Assembly (NCBI RefSeq): GCF_002087085.1
Contig: NZ_MWQY01000027.1
Span: 1 to 48,217 of the forward strand
Reading direction: 5' to 3'
Length of the DNA stretch: 48,217 bases
Shown here: positions 38,440 to 46,808 of the stretch, piece after piece
Numbering within the stretch: the stretch's first letter is position 1
How the letters are laid out: each line of letters opens with the position of its first letter
Notes under the pieces: generated by a model
The model's database searches: none
Told to the model about the DNA's origin: nothing
What the model saw: only the letters and a program-made list of their open reading frames with translations
Program-made: the position numbers and the translations under genes

Positions 38440-38598
38440 AGCAGGTAGAATATAATCATTCTAATCAGAAAAACAAAAAGCTCTTCTCCCCGAGGGGCTG
38501 ATGGTGTATACTGGCCGACAATAAACGGTAGCAGCAAAAAAAGTCCCTGCGGCACAAGGCCGTACTCTTTTTATATGTACATCTGGTGAGAGGACGAC

Positions 38599-39525
38599 AT
38601 GCTGGAACCTGCTCTGAAGAACCGAAAAATCGAACTCCTGGCGCAGAATTTTCGTCCCGATGAGATTGATGAAATCGGGCGGCTTCTGTTCAAAAAATAC
38701 AACAGTCACCTGCTTACAGGTACGGAGACCCACTTTACCCTGTCCCCCCGCAAATGCGCAGCAGCCCTGGTTGACGAGTGTATCGAAAAGGATCGGGTGG
38801 AAAAGCTTATTGAGCTTATTGTGAGCCTGGATGATCAGACTATCCTCGGGCGTCAGGTCAGAATCGAAGGTCTCGAGGAGTTTCTCAACAACCTGGCCCA
38901 CACGGGAACGGTCTATGATTTTCGTAAACGTAGGCTCGTCAAAGCCCGCAAGGAGCTGGACCTGCAGCCCGGCTGGGGGTCTCTGAACGAAGGAAAACGC
39001 TACTCCATTACCGTCATGAGTCTCGATGTGGCCGGTAATTCCGCCCTTGTCTCAAAATACGGCAACCGGGTCATGGAAAAGGTCTATTTTCACCTGCGGA
39101 GATTTCTCGAAAACCGGATCTACCGCTACGACGGACGTATCTGGAACTTCGCCGGCGACGGGGGAATCGTCGCTTTTACCTTCAGAGGCCACCAGGACAG
39201 GGGAGTGCTCTGTGCACTGGAAATTCAGCGATCCCTGCCGATTTTCCACCTGCAGATGGAATCTTCCCTGAAAGAGTCTATCGCCCTCAGAATCGGACTG
39301 GATACGGGAAAGCTCAAGTTCAGCAATCAGACCGGTAATATCGTTTCCGAGGTTATAAATTACGCCAGTCATCTTGAAAAGCAGAACACCTCCGCCGGAG
39401 GGGTCTCAATTTCCGGGAATCTCCACGGCGAAATCAGTTCCAGAATAGCTTCAGTTTTTGAATGCACGGGGGAATTCGAAGGGCGCCCGGCCTACTGCAT
39501 GCCGAACCGACTCGACCTGTTGTAA
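38599..39525 (+). CDS. Class III nucleotidyl (adenylate/guanylate) cyclase-domain protein with a small N-terminal helical domain
   Basis: SLDVAGNS and AGDG metal-binding aspartates, LRIGLDTG, VINYASHLEK. Confidence 0.85.
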   Translation: MLEPALKNRKIELLAQNFRPDEIDEIGRLLFKKYNSHLLTGTETHFTLSPRKCAAALVDECIEKDRVEKLIELIVSLDDQTILGRQVRIEGLEEFLNNLAHTGTVYDFRKRRLVKARKELDLQPGWGSLNEGKRYSITVMSLDVAGNSALVSKYGNRVMEKVYFHLRRFLENRIYRYDGRIWNFAGDGGIVAFTFRGHQDRGVLCALEIQRSLPIFHLQMESSLKESIALRIGLDTGKLKFSNQTGNIVSEVINYASHLEKQNTSAGGVSISGNLHGEISSRIASVFECTGEFEGRPAYCMPNRLDLL

Positions 39526-39580
39526 AGAAATAAAATATTTCCAAAAAAATGTAACTTCTGAACCGGTTTGGGGTTAGAAA

Positions 39581-39659
39581 TATTGAGAGAGTTTTCTTTT
39601 TCATTGACCTCCTTTGGCCCCCCGGGTTTTACTCCTTTTACCGGGGGGTCGCTTTTTTT
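39581..39659 (+). ncRNA. Candidate small RNA with two anti-Shine-Dalgarno motifs and an intrinsic terminator
   Basis: UUUUCUUUUUCAUUGACCUCCUUU precedes a GC-rich hairpin (39615-39651) whose loop contains ACUCCUUU, followed by U7. The 5' end is approximate. Confidence 0.55.
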
Positions 39660-39669
39660 ACCGGCCCTG

Positions 39670-40149
39670 TCATCCGGCCGGCGGAAGTCGTCGCGCCCCA
39701 AGGTAGCGGTCCCTGTAATAGGGGGAATCAAGGGATGAGATTATGATTCCCTGTCTGTTTTCCCCCGAGGCGGCATGGATAAAGCGTCTGTCCCCCAGGT
39801 AAATACCTACGTGGCTTGCGGTCCATCCTTCGGTGTTAAAAAAGACCAGGTCCCCGGGCAGCTCCTCTCCCGTTGTAACTGCGCTGCCGAAACGGTACTG
39901 GTCGATTGATCTTCGGGGAAGGTCCGGAACCCTGTCGGAATAGATCATATAGACGAAACCCGAACAGTCCATCCCTTTCAGGTTGGCCCCTCCCCAGAGG
40001 TAGGGAATGCCTTTCAGGGATACCGATTCCAGTACTACGGCCAGAGAAAGTTCCTCTTCCCCGGGCTCGGCGGACCAGGCGGCATGAAAAGACGGGAGTA
40101 TCGGAAACAGAAGTACCAGGAATATGGAAATTCTTGCGGCTGCCCTCAT
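39670..40149 (-). CDS. NlpC/P60 (C40) cell-wall peptidase
   Basis: Signal peptide; PYLWGG, DCSGF, GDLVFF, HVGIY, FIHA. Confidence 0.93.
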   Translation of the reverse strand: MRAAARISIFLVLLFPILPSFHAAWSAEPGEEELSLAVVLESVSLKGIPYLWGGANLKGMDCSGFVYMIYSDRVPDLPRRSIDQYRFGSAVTTGEELPGDLVFFNTEGWTASHVGIYLGDRRFIHAASGENRQGIIISSLDSPYYRDRYLGARRLPPAG

Positions 40150-40183
40150 ACATCAGTATTATCGGCAGCCGCGAAGCCCGGTT

Positions 40184-41782
40184 TTACAGCTTAAGAAGCC
40201 GGGCGTAGGTGTCCAGGAGATCTCCCCGTTTTTCCGCTGCCCCCAGCACCTGACTGGTGAGGATCTTTCCCAGCTGTACTCCTTCCTGGTCAAAGGAGTT
40301 GATGTTCCAGATAAAGCCCTGGAACATGACCTTGTTCTCGAAATGCGCCAGCAGAGCCCCCAGGGCTTCCGGGTTGAGCTGTTCCCCGTATATCAGGCTC
40401 GAAGGACGGCCTCCGGGAAAATTTTTGTTCAGGTTGCTGTTTTTCTTCCCCGCGGCGAAGGCTACAATCTGGGCTGTCAGGTTGGCTTTGAGCTTCTGCT
40501 GACTCGTCGAGTTCTCGTATTCGGTGTCATAGCCGGTCTGGGACTTGACGAAGCCGATAAACTGCAGGGGAACGATGTCCGTACCCTGATGCAGAAGCTG
40601 GTAGAAGGAGTGCTGTCCGTTGGTTCCGGGTTCACCGAAGATTACCGGACCCGTGGAGTACGCCACAGCGCTGCCCTCCCGGTTTACCTGTTTGCCGTTG
40701 GATTCCATATCCAGCTGTTGAAGATGGGCGGGAAAACGGTGCAGCCCCTGGCTGTAGGGCAGGATGGCCGAGACGGGATATCCGCAGATGTTGCGTTCCC
40801 ACACCCCGATAAGGGCATCCATAAGGGCCGCATTGCGCCGTACATCCCCTTCCATGGCAGCTTTATCTGCCTGGTGGGCCCCTGCAAGCAGACGCTCAAA
40901 GATCTCCGGCCCGAAGGCAAGGCTCAGTACCACGCCTCCAACGGCGCTGGTTGAGGAGTAACGGCCGCCGATATAGTCATCGATAAAAAAGGAGTCCAGA
41001 AAGCCCGGAGCACCGGCAAGGGGGCTGGTCTCGGAGGTAACAGCCACAAAGTGCCGTTCCGGATCCAGCCCCGGGATTCCCGCCGAACGCATCATTCCGG
41101 CAACCAGAGCGCGATTGGTGAGGGTCTCCTGGGTAGTACCGCTCTTGGAGACCAGGATAAACAGTGTGCGTTCAAAATCGAGGCTGCTCAGGACTTCTTC
41201 CGCGTCGTCGGGGTCCACATTTGAGATAAAGCGTGCCTCCAGCAGGGGGGACTTGAGCTCAGTGCGGCACCAGTTTTTCAGGGCCAGATACAAAGCCCGG
41301 GGACCAAGGTCTGAGCCGCCGATTCCGATCTGGACAACCGTGGAGAAACTCTTGCCCGTCGATCCGGTGATCTCTCCCGCCCGCAGCCTGCGGCTGAAAT
41401 CGGCTATCCGTTTCTGCTGCTCCCGGTAAAATGCTCCGAGATCACGGTCTTTTTCCGTAACAGGGCCCGCAAGCTCTCCCCGGGTCAGATGGTGCAGTAC
41501 CCGGCGGTCCTCGCCGGTGTTCATCCTCTCGCCGCCGGCAAGAGCACGATATTTTTCTATACATTCTGTCTCGGCGGCCAGGTCGCTCAGGAGCCGGAGG
41601 ACCTTTTCGTTGACCTCTTTGGCGGCATAATTGTAGGTAAGTCCGCCCCCGGCGGCTATGCTGCAGCTCCTGATTCTTTCCGCGGAAAGAAGATCCGGCA
41701 GGGAAAGTCGCTCTTTTCCGGAGGAGTATTCTTCCTTCAACTTCCCATATGCGTCGGTTCTGTCCAGATTAAGATATTTCAC
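40184..41782 (-). CDS. pgi: Glucose-6-phosphate isomerase
   Basis: IGIGGSDLG, SKSGTTQET, GGRYS, QQLDMESNGK, GTNGQH, FDQEGVQLGK. Confidence 0.96.
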   Translation of the reverse strand: MKYLNLDRTDAYGKLKEEYSSGKERLSLPDLLSAERIRSCSIAAGGGLTYNYAAKEVNEKVLRLLSDLAAETECIEKYRALAGGERMNTGEDRRVLHHLTRGELAGPVTEKDRDLGAFYREQQKRIADFSRRLRAGEITGSTGKSFSTVVQIGIGGSDLGPRALYLALKNWCRTELKSPLLEARFISNVDPDDAEEVLSSLDFERTLFILVSKSGTTQETLTNRALVAGMMRSAGIPGLDPERHFVAVTSETSPLAGAPGFLDSFFIDDYIGGRYSSTSAVGGVVLSLAFGPEIFERLLAGAHQADKAAMEGDVRRNAALMDALIGVWERNICGYPVSAILPYSQGLHRFPAHLQQLDMESNGKQVNREGSAVAYSTGPVIFGEPGTNGQHSFYQLLHQGTDIVPLQFIGFVKSQTGYDTEYENSTSQQKLKANLTAQIVAFAAGKKNSNLNKNFPGGRPSSLIYGEQLNPEALGALLAHFENKVMFQGFIWNINSFDQEGVQLGKILTSQVLGAAEKRGDLLDTYARLLKL

Positions 41783-41800
41783 CGGGGGCTCCTTATCTAT

Positions 41801-41847
41801 GGACGCCTCTAAAAACTGCGTAAAATACCGCGTTTTTAGAGCCGCCC
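41801..41847. repeat. Long intergenic imperfect palindrome (REP/MITE-like)
   Basis: GGACGCCTCTAAAAACTGCG...CGCGTTTTTAGAGCCGCCC between argG and pgi; no adjacent long U-tract on the transcribed strand. Confidence 0.6.
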
Positions 41848-41850
41848 GTT

Positions 41851-43131
41851 TTATTTGTCGTGGAAGGTGGCGGCCACGTGTTTCATCTCCGGGGCCTGTC
41901 CCTCCTCGGCATCTATTCTCTTATGTACCATAGCCTCAACACCGGTGGCAAGTCCGTAGAGATTGATGAATCCCGTGGCGTCGGTGTGGTCATAGGAGGA
42001 CTCCCCGAAGGATGCCAGATCCTCAAGATAGAGGGAATAGGGGGATTTTCTGCCGGCGATGATTACGTTGCCCTTGTAGAGAACCAGGCGTACCGAACCG
42101 GTTACGTACTGGTATGCCTTGTCCATGAAGGCGTCCATGGACTCACGGAAGGTGGTGTACCACTTGCCGGCGTAGACTATGTCGGCGTACTGCTGGCTCA
42201 TTTTGCGTTTAAAGCTCAGAGTGTTGAAGTCCATGGTCATCATCTCCAGTTCCGCCAGTGCCGTAAGGAGGATTTCTCCCGCCGGAGTTTCGTAGACTCC
42301 GCGGCTCTTCATGCCGACGACCCTGGTTTCCACCATGTCCGCCCTTCCGATGCCGTTTTCCGCTCCCAGCTTGTTCAATCGGGAAAGAAGCTCCACCGCG
42401 CCCAGGCGTTTGCCGTCTATTCCCACGGGGAATCCCTTCTCAAAGTCGATGGTGATCTCTGTCTCTTTATCCGGTGCTTCCTGGGGCGATTTGGTCAACT
42501 GGAACATCTCGTTCTTCGGTCTGTTCCAGGGATCTTCCAGGTCTCCGCCCTCGTGGCTCATGTGCCATATGTTCCAGTCCCGGGAGTAGATGTTTTTTTT
42601 GCTGATATTTCCCAGGGGAATACCCCGCTCCTGGGCGTATTCGATGGCGTCTTCCCGGCTGCTGATGTCCCAGACTCTCCAGGGGGCGATAACCTCGAGC
42701 TGGGGAGCCAGGGCTTTGTAGGTCAGTTCAAAGCGGACCTGGTCGTTGCCTTTTCCGGTACAGCCGTGGGCCACCGCGTTGGCATTCTCCTGAAGGGCGA
42801 CCTCTACCTGGCACTTGGCCTGCAGGGGCCTGGCGATGGAGGTACCAAGCAGATATTTTCCCTCATAGCGGGCCCCGGCCCGTACTATGCGGAACAGGAA
42901 ATCCCTGGCAAATTCCTCCCGTATGTCACGAATGTAAAGCTTGGAAGCCCCCGAGGCCAGGGCCTTCTTTTCCATTCCGTCCCAGTCCTCATCCTGACCT
43001 ACATTGGTACAGATTCCGACGATCTCGGCACCGTCGTAGTTTTCCTTGAGCCAGGGGATGATGATGGAAGTGTCCAGTCCGCCGGAATAGGCGAGTACGA
43101 TTTTCTTGATTTCTCTCTTGTGTTGTTTCAT
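41851..43131 (-). CDS. argG: Argininosuccinate synthase
   Basis: LAYSGGLDTS, YLLGTSIARP, HGCTGKGNDQVRFE, KSRGVYETP. Confidence 0.97.
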   Translation of the reverse strand: MKQHKREIKKIVLAYSGGLDTSIIIPWLKENYDGAEIVGICTNVGQDEDWDGMEKKALASGASKLYIRDIREEFARDFLFRIVRAGARYEGKYLLGTSIARPLQAKCQVEVALQENANAVAHGCTGKGNDQVRFELTYKALAPQLEVIAPWRVWDISSREDAIEYAQERGIPLGNISKKNIYSRDWNIWHMSHEGGDLEDPWNRPKNEMFQLTKSPQEAPDKETEITIDFEKGFPVGIDGKRLGAVELLSRLNKLGAENGIGRADMVETRVVGMKSRGVYETPAGEILLTALAELEMMTMDFNTLSFKRKMSQQYADIVYAGKWYTTFRESMDAFMDKAYQYVTGSVRLVLYKGNVIIAGRKSPYSLYLEDLASFGESSYDHTDATGFINLYGLATGVEAMVHKRIDAEEGQAPEMKHVAATFHDK

Positions 43132-43149
43132 CTTTGTCTCCTTGAGTCC

Positions 43150-44385
43150 TTACTCGGTTTCTTCTGCCAAAACGGAGGCGATAATCTCACAGCCTTCGTC
43201 GATTTGTTCATTCTCGATAATCAGCGGGGGGGCGATCCGCAGGATGTTTGTCCCGGACCGCAGAGCCAGGAGTCCCCTCTCCTGCATCTTTTCAATGAGA
43301 TTCCCCATCCGCGACTTTGCATCCTTTTCCGGATATCCGACGGCAATACCGGCGAGGAGGCCGCGTCCGCGGACCTCTCTGGCCAGGGGGACTCTGTCGC
43401 AGATATCCTGGAGCCGTTCATGCAGATATTCTCCTGCTTCCCGGACCCGTCTGATAAAGGCGGCGTCGCAGATAATATCCAGTACGGCCCCCGCAACGGC
43501 GGTTGTTACCGGTCCTCCGCCAAAGGTGGATGCGTGTTCTCCCACCTTGATCTGCCTGTTGATTCTTTCCGGTACCAGAACAGCCGACAGGGGGAGTCCT
43601 CCCGCCAGGGGCTTCGCCAGTGTGACCAGGTCGGGATTCAGTCCCGCCCAGCTGGAGGCCAGGATCTCCCCGGTCCGTCCCAGGCCGGTCTGGACCTCAT
43701 CGGCGATCAGAACAATGTCTTTTTCCCGGCAGATCCGGTTCAGTGCTTCCGCGAACCCGGGGCTTACAGAGCGTAATCCGCCCTCTCCCTGGAGGGGTTC
43801 CACGATAACCGCGGCAAAGCTGTCATCCAGGGTTCTCTCCAGAGCCTCTATATCGTTATAGGGCAGTGCCTGAAAGCCGGGGACCAGGGGACGGAAGGGG
43901 TCCTGGTAGGCAGGAGTAGGAGTTGCCGAAAGGGCCCCCATGGTTCTTCCATGAAAAGCGCCGGAGAAACTGGCGATCCGGTGGTGTCCTTCGCCTCTGG
44001 TACGCAGGGCGTACAGGCGCGCGAACTTCAGTGCCGCCTCCACCGCCTCGGTGCCGGAATTTCCGAAGTAGACGGCATCGAAATTGCCCAGATGCATCAG
44101 ACGTCCCGCACACTGGATTGCCGCTTCGGTGGTGTAGAGATTGGATACGTGAATGATCTTCTTCATCTGTTCCGCAGCAATCTCCGCCAGATCTTCCCTG
44201 CCGTGTCCGAGGGCATTGACGGCAATTCCTGACCCGAAATCCAGGTAACGCCTGCCGTCGGCATCAAAAAGCCAGCAGCCCTCGCCGTGATCAAGCAGAA
44301 GCAGGGTGCGGGCATAGTTATTTGCAAAGGGCGGATTGTGAACAAGCCTGAAGGTCTTGTTTTTCTGGTAATCCTGTTTGTACAT
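43150..44385 (-). CDS. argD: Acetylornithine aminotransferase
   Basis: GIAVNALGH, NSGTEA, FHGRT, EPLQGEGG, DEVQTGLGRTG, AKPLAGG, HASTFGG; arg operon context. Confidence 0.93.
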   Translation of the reverse strand: MYKQDYQKNKTFRLVHNPPFANNYARTLLLLDHGEGCWLFDADGRRYLDFGSGIAVNALGHGREDLAEIAAEQMKKIIHVSNLYTTEAAIQCAGRLMHLGNFDAVYFGNSGTEAVEAALKFARLYALRTRGEGHHRIASFSGAFHGRTMGALSATPTPAYQDPFRPLVPGFQALPYNDIEALERTLDDSFAAVIVEPLQGEGGLRSVSPGFAEALNRICREKDIVLIADEVQTGLGRTGEILASSWAGLNPDLVTLAKPLAGGLPLSAVLVPERINRQIKVGEHASTFGGGPVTTAVAGAVLDIICDAAFIRRVREAGEYLHERLQDICDRVPLAREVRGRGLLAGIAVGYPEKDAKSRMGNLIEKMQERGLLALRSGTNILRIAPPLIIENEQIDEGCEIIASVLAEETE

Positions 44386-44414
44386 GGTTTTCTCTCCTTG
44401 GACCTTTTAATGAA

Positions 44415-45179
44415 CTAGTGCAGACGCAGGTGGGTTCCTGAACCCTGCAGGAGCGACTGCAGGTCTCCCTCTTTGTCGCAGCCTCCGATTATTATCTCCC
44501 CTATCCCCCGGGAGAGACCCCGGAAGGAGGAGCGTACCTTGGGGATCATACCGCCTGCGATCTCCCCTGAGGTGATCTTTTTCTCCGCTTCTTCAGGTCC
44601 GAGAACCGGAACGACCTGCTTATCCAGAAGGATTCCCGGAACATCGGAGAGGTAAACCAGCCGGGCGGCACTGACGCCGGCGGCGATCTCCAGGGCAGCC
44701 TCGTCGGCGTTGATATTCAGGGCCTCGCCGCTGCTGTCCATGGCCACGGATGAACAGACCGGCATGTATCCCCCCTGTATCAGGTCTGTAATCAGCGTTC
44801 CGTCGGTACTGACGATCCTGCCGGTACGGCTCCGGGGCGCGGCAGCTTCCGCAATGAGCATCCCGGCATCACAGCCGGAGAGTCCCACGGCCCGCATTCC
44901 CCGGACTGCAAGGGAGCGGACGAGCAGGGTATTCATTCTGCCCGCCAGGACCATCTCGACAACGGCCATCTCTTCTTCGCTGGTACTTCGCAGTCCGTCG
45001 ACAAATACCGGTTCCAGGCCGAAGATCCGGGATATCCGGCTTACCTCGCTGCCTCCTCCGTGAATCACCGCCACCGGGGTCTGCCGGCTTATCTTCTCCA
45101 GCTCTCCGCAGAGTACCTTCAGGCTTTCCGGGTCCGCCAGGGGGCGTCCGCCGATCTTGATAATACAGATCTCCGCCAT
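44415..45179 (-). CDS. argB: Acetylglutamate kinase
   Basis: IKIGG, HGGG, GLRST, NINAD, SDVPG, GGMIPK. Confidence 0.95.
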   Translation of the reverse strand: MAEICIIKIGGRPLADPESLKVLCGELEKISRQTPVAVIHGGGSEVSRISRIFGLEPVFVDGLRSTSEEEMAVVEMVLAGRMNTLLVRSLAVRGMRAVGLSGCDAGMLIAEAAAPRSRTGRIVSTDGTLITDLIQGGYMPVCSSVAMDSSGEALNINADEAALEIAAGVSAARLVYLSDVPGILLDKQVVPVLGPEEAEKKITSGEIAGGMIPKVRSSFRGLSRGIGEIIIGGCDKEGDLQSLLQGSGTHLRLH

Positions 45180-45181
45180 GG

Positions 45182-46201
45182 CTACACCATTCCCGACAGG
45201 GCAAGGCCCGCTGCAGCATCAAAGCCCAGGCGGATGTTCATGTTCTGTACCGCCTGGCCGGAAGCGCCCTTTACCAGGTTGTCGATACAGGAGAAAAGGT
45301 AAAGCCGGTCCTCCTGAAGCCGAAAGGCTATATCGCAGCGGTTCGAACCCCATACCTCCCGGGTCTGGGGCAGCCTGCCTTCCAGGAGCCGGATAAAGGG
45401 CTTCCCTGCATAGGCCTCATCGTAAGCCTTCCGGATTGCGTCCTCCGTTAGCCCCGGTTTTATGGTCAGGGTTGTCGTTACCGCCATTCCCCGGCGCAAA
45501 GGGGCCAGATGGGGGGTAAAATAGAGCTCTCCGCCAAGTCTGTTCACCCTGAGCTGGTCGGTCATCTCCGCCCAGTGGCGATGACTCCTTCCCGGACTGT
45601 AGGCCCCGGCATTCTCGCTCCGTTCGCAGAAGAGGTAATTCTCCTGGCTCTTTTTTCCCGCCCCGGATATTCCGGAGATTGCGTTTACGATAACCGGCCC
45701 TTCGGCGAGATTCCCTTTCAGAACAGGCAGCAGAGGGAGCAGGGTTGCCGTGGGATAGCAGCCGGGATTGGCGATGAGGTCCGCCTTCCTTATTTCATCT
45801 TCGTAGATCTCGCAGAGACCGTAGACCGGGGGTACCGCTGCCTCGGGAGCCGGCGCACCGTAGGCGGAGGCGAAGAGCTGTCTGTCCGTAAGGCGGAAAT
45901 CCGCGGAAAGATCGATGACCAGGCTTTTCCCGATAAAGGGGGCGCATACCCTGGCCGAAGCCAAGTGGGGAAGCCCTGCAAAGACCACATCCGGTTTATG
46001 AGCGCTCATCTCTTCCAGGCTGAGGTATTCGGAACTGACGAGCTTGTCGGTCTCCGCAAAACCGTTGTCCCCGGCCTGAATCGCTGTTCCGGCCTTCGAT
46101 GAGGATACGGGCAGGATTTTTTCCACTCCGGGGTGACCGGCGAGAAGTCTGGCGAGTAACATTCCGGTATATCCGGTTGACCCGAGTATAGCTGCTTTCA
46201 T
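45182..46201 (-). CDS. argC: N-acetyl-gamma-glutamyl-phosphate reductase
   Basis: GSTGYTG, DLSADFR, ANPGCYPT, SGISGAG, IDNLVKGASGQAVQNMN. Confidence 0.96.
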   Translation of the reverse strand: MKAAILGSTGYTGMLLARLLAGHPGVEKILPVSSSKAGTAIQAGDNGFAETDKLVSSEYLSLEEMSAHKPDVVFAGLPHLASARVCAPFIGKSLVIDLSADFRLTDRQLFASAYGAPAPEAAVPPVYGLCEIYEDEIRKADLIANPGCYPTATLLPLLPVLKGNLAEGPVIVNAISGISGAGKKSQENYLFCERSENAGAYSPGRSHRHWAEMTDQLRVNRLGGELYFTPHLAPLRRGMAVTTTLTIKPGLTEDAIRKAYDEAYAGKPFIRLLEGRLPQTREVWGSNRCDIAFRLQEDRLYLFSCIDNLVKGASGQAVQNMNIRLGFDAAAGLALSGMV

Positions 46202-46215
46202 AGTCTGTGCTTCCT

Positions 46216-46686
46216 TTACAGTTCGAGGTCAGGCATAAAACTGCTTAAAAGGTTTATAAGGTCTTCGGGGCTGTTCTCTTCTTTCAATACGAGAAAGATC
46301 GTGTCGTCCCCGGCGATTGTTCCGAGAATACAGTCCAGGTTGAACCTGTCGATGGCGAAGGCTACGCTGTCCGCGTGGCCCTGGAGGGTTTTGATGACTC
46401 CGATTTTGCCGGAGAAGTCCAGGGACAGAAATCCCCTCTGCAGGTCCTGGATGTAGGTGCGCTGGATATCCGGAGGTACGTCTGATTCAGGAAGTGTATA
46501 ATAGTAGCCGTTCCAGCCGTCGGAGACCTTTCCCACCTTGAGGAGTTTCAGATCCCTGGAAAGGGTGGCCTGGGTAACACTGATTCCCTGTTTTTCCAGT
46601 TCCCCAAGGAGGCCCTCCTGGCTGGATATGCGATTCTCTTTGATAATTCGCATGATTAATCGAAGTCTGTCATCCCGCAGTTTCAT
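46216..46686 (-). CDS. argR: Arginine repressor
   Basis: VTQATLSRDL helix-turn-helix; GTIAGDDT arginine-binding motif. Confidence 0.96.
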   Translation of the reverse strand: MKLRDDRLRLIMRIIKENRISSQEGLLGELEKQGISVTQATLSRDLKLLKVGKVSDGWNGYYYTLPESDVPPDIQRTYIQDLQRGFLSLDFSGKIGVIKTLQGHADSVAFAIDRFNLDCILGTIAGDDTIFLVLKEENSPEDLINLLSSFMPDLEL

Positions 46687-46698
46687 TCCATATATCTC

Positions 46699-46747
46699 GC
46701 TGTATATTTATTCCGTATAGGCGTATAAAATTGCATAAAAATAGAAT
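46699..46747. promoter_or_regulatory. ARG boxes (ArgR operator)
   Basis: Cores TGTAT-ATTT-ATTCC (46701-46714) and CGTAT-AAAA-TTGCA (46722-46735) give two 18-mers 3 bp apart. A third overlapping core TGCAT-AAAA-ATAGA lies at 46732-46745. All are directly upstream of argR. Confidence 0.7.
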
Positions 46748-46808
46748 TCTTGCAAGCAGAAAGGGCTAAATTCCTGAAAAACTGACATTTTTTGCATATA
46801 CAGCCGAT

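Noticed and set aside
38599..39525. Complete Pycsar/CBASS-like defence system
   Set aside because: There is no adjacent TIR, TM or nuclease effector, and the neighbours are housekeeping genes.
39434..39604. 56-codon minus-strand ORF (MKKKTLSIF...) with a perfect SD
   Set aside because: It overlaps the cyclase 3' end antisense by about 90 nt, and the adjacent hairpin and U-tract polarity favour a plus-strand RNA. Kept only as the alternative to the sRNA model.
41860..43776. Long antisense ORFs (638 aa here; also 551-1693, 9015-10034, 46683-48215 and others)
   Set aside because: They are shadow frames of well-supported genes in GC-rich DNA and carry no recognisable motifs.
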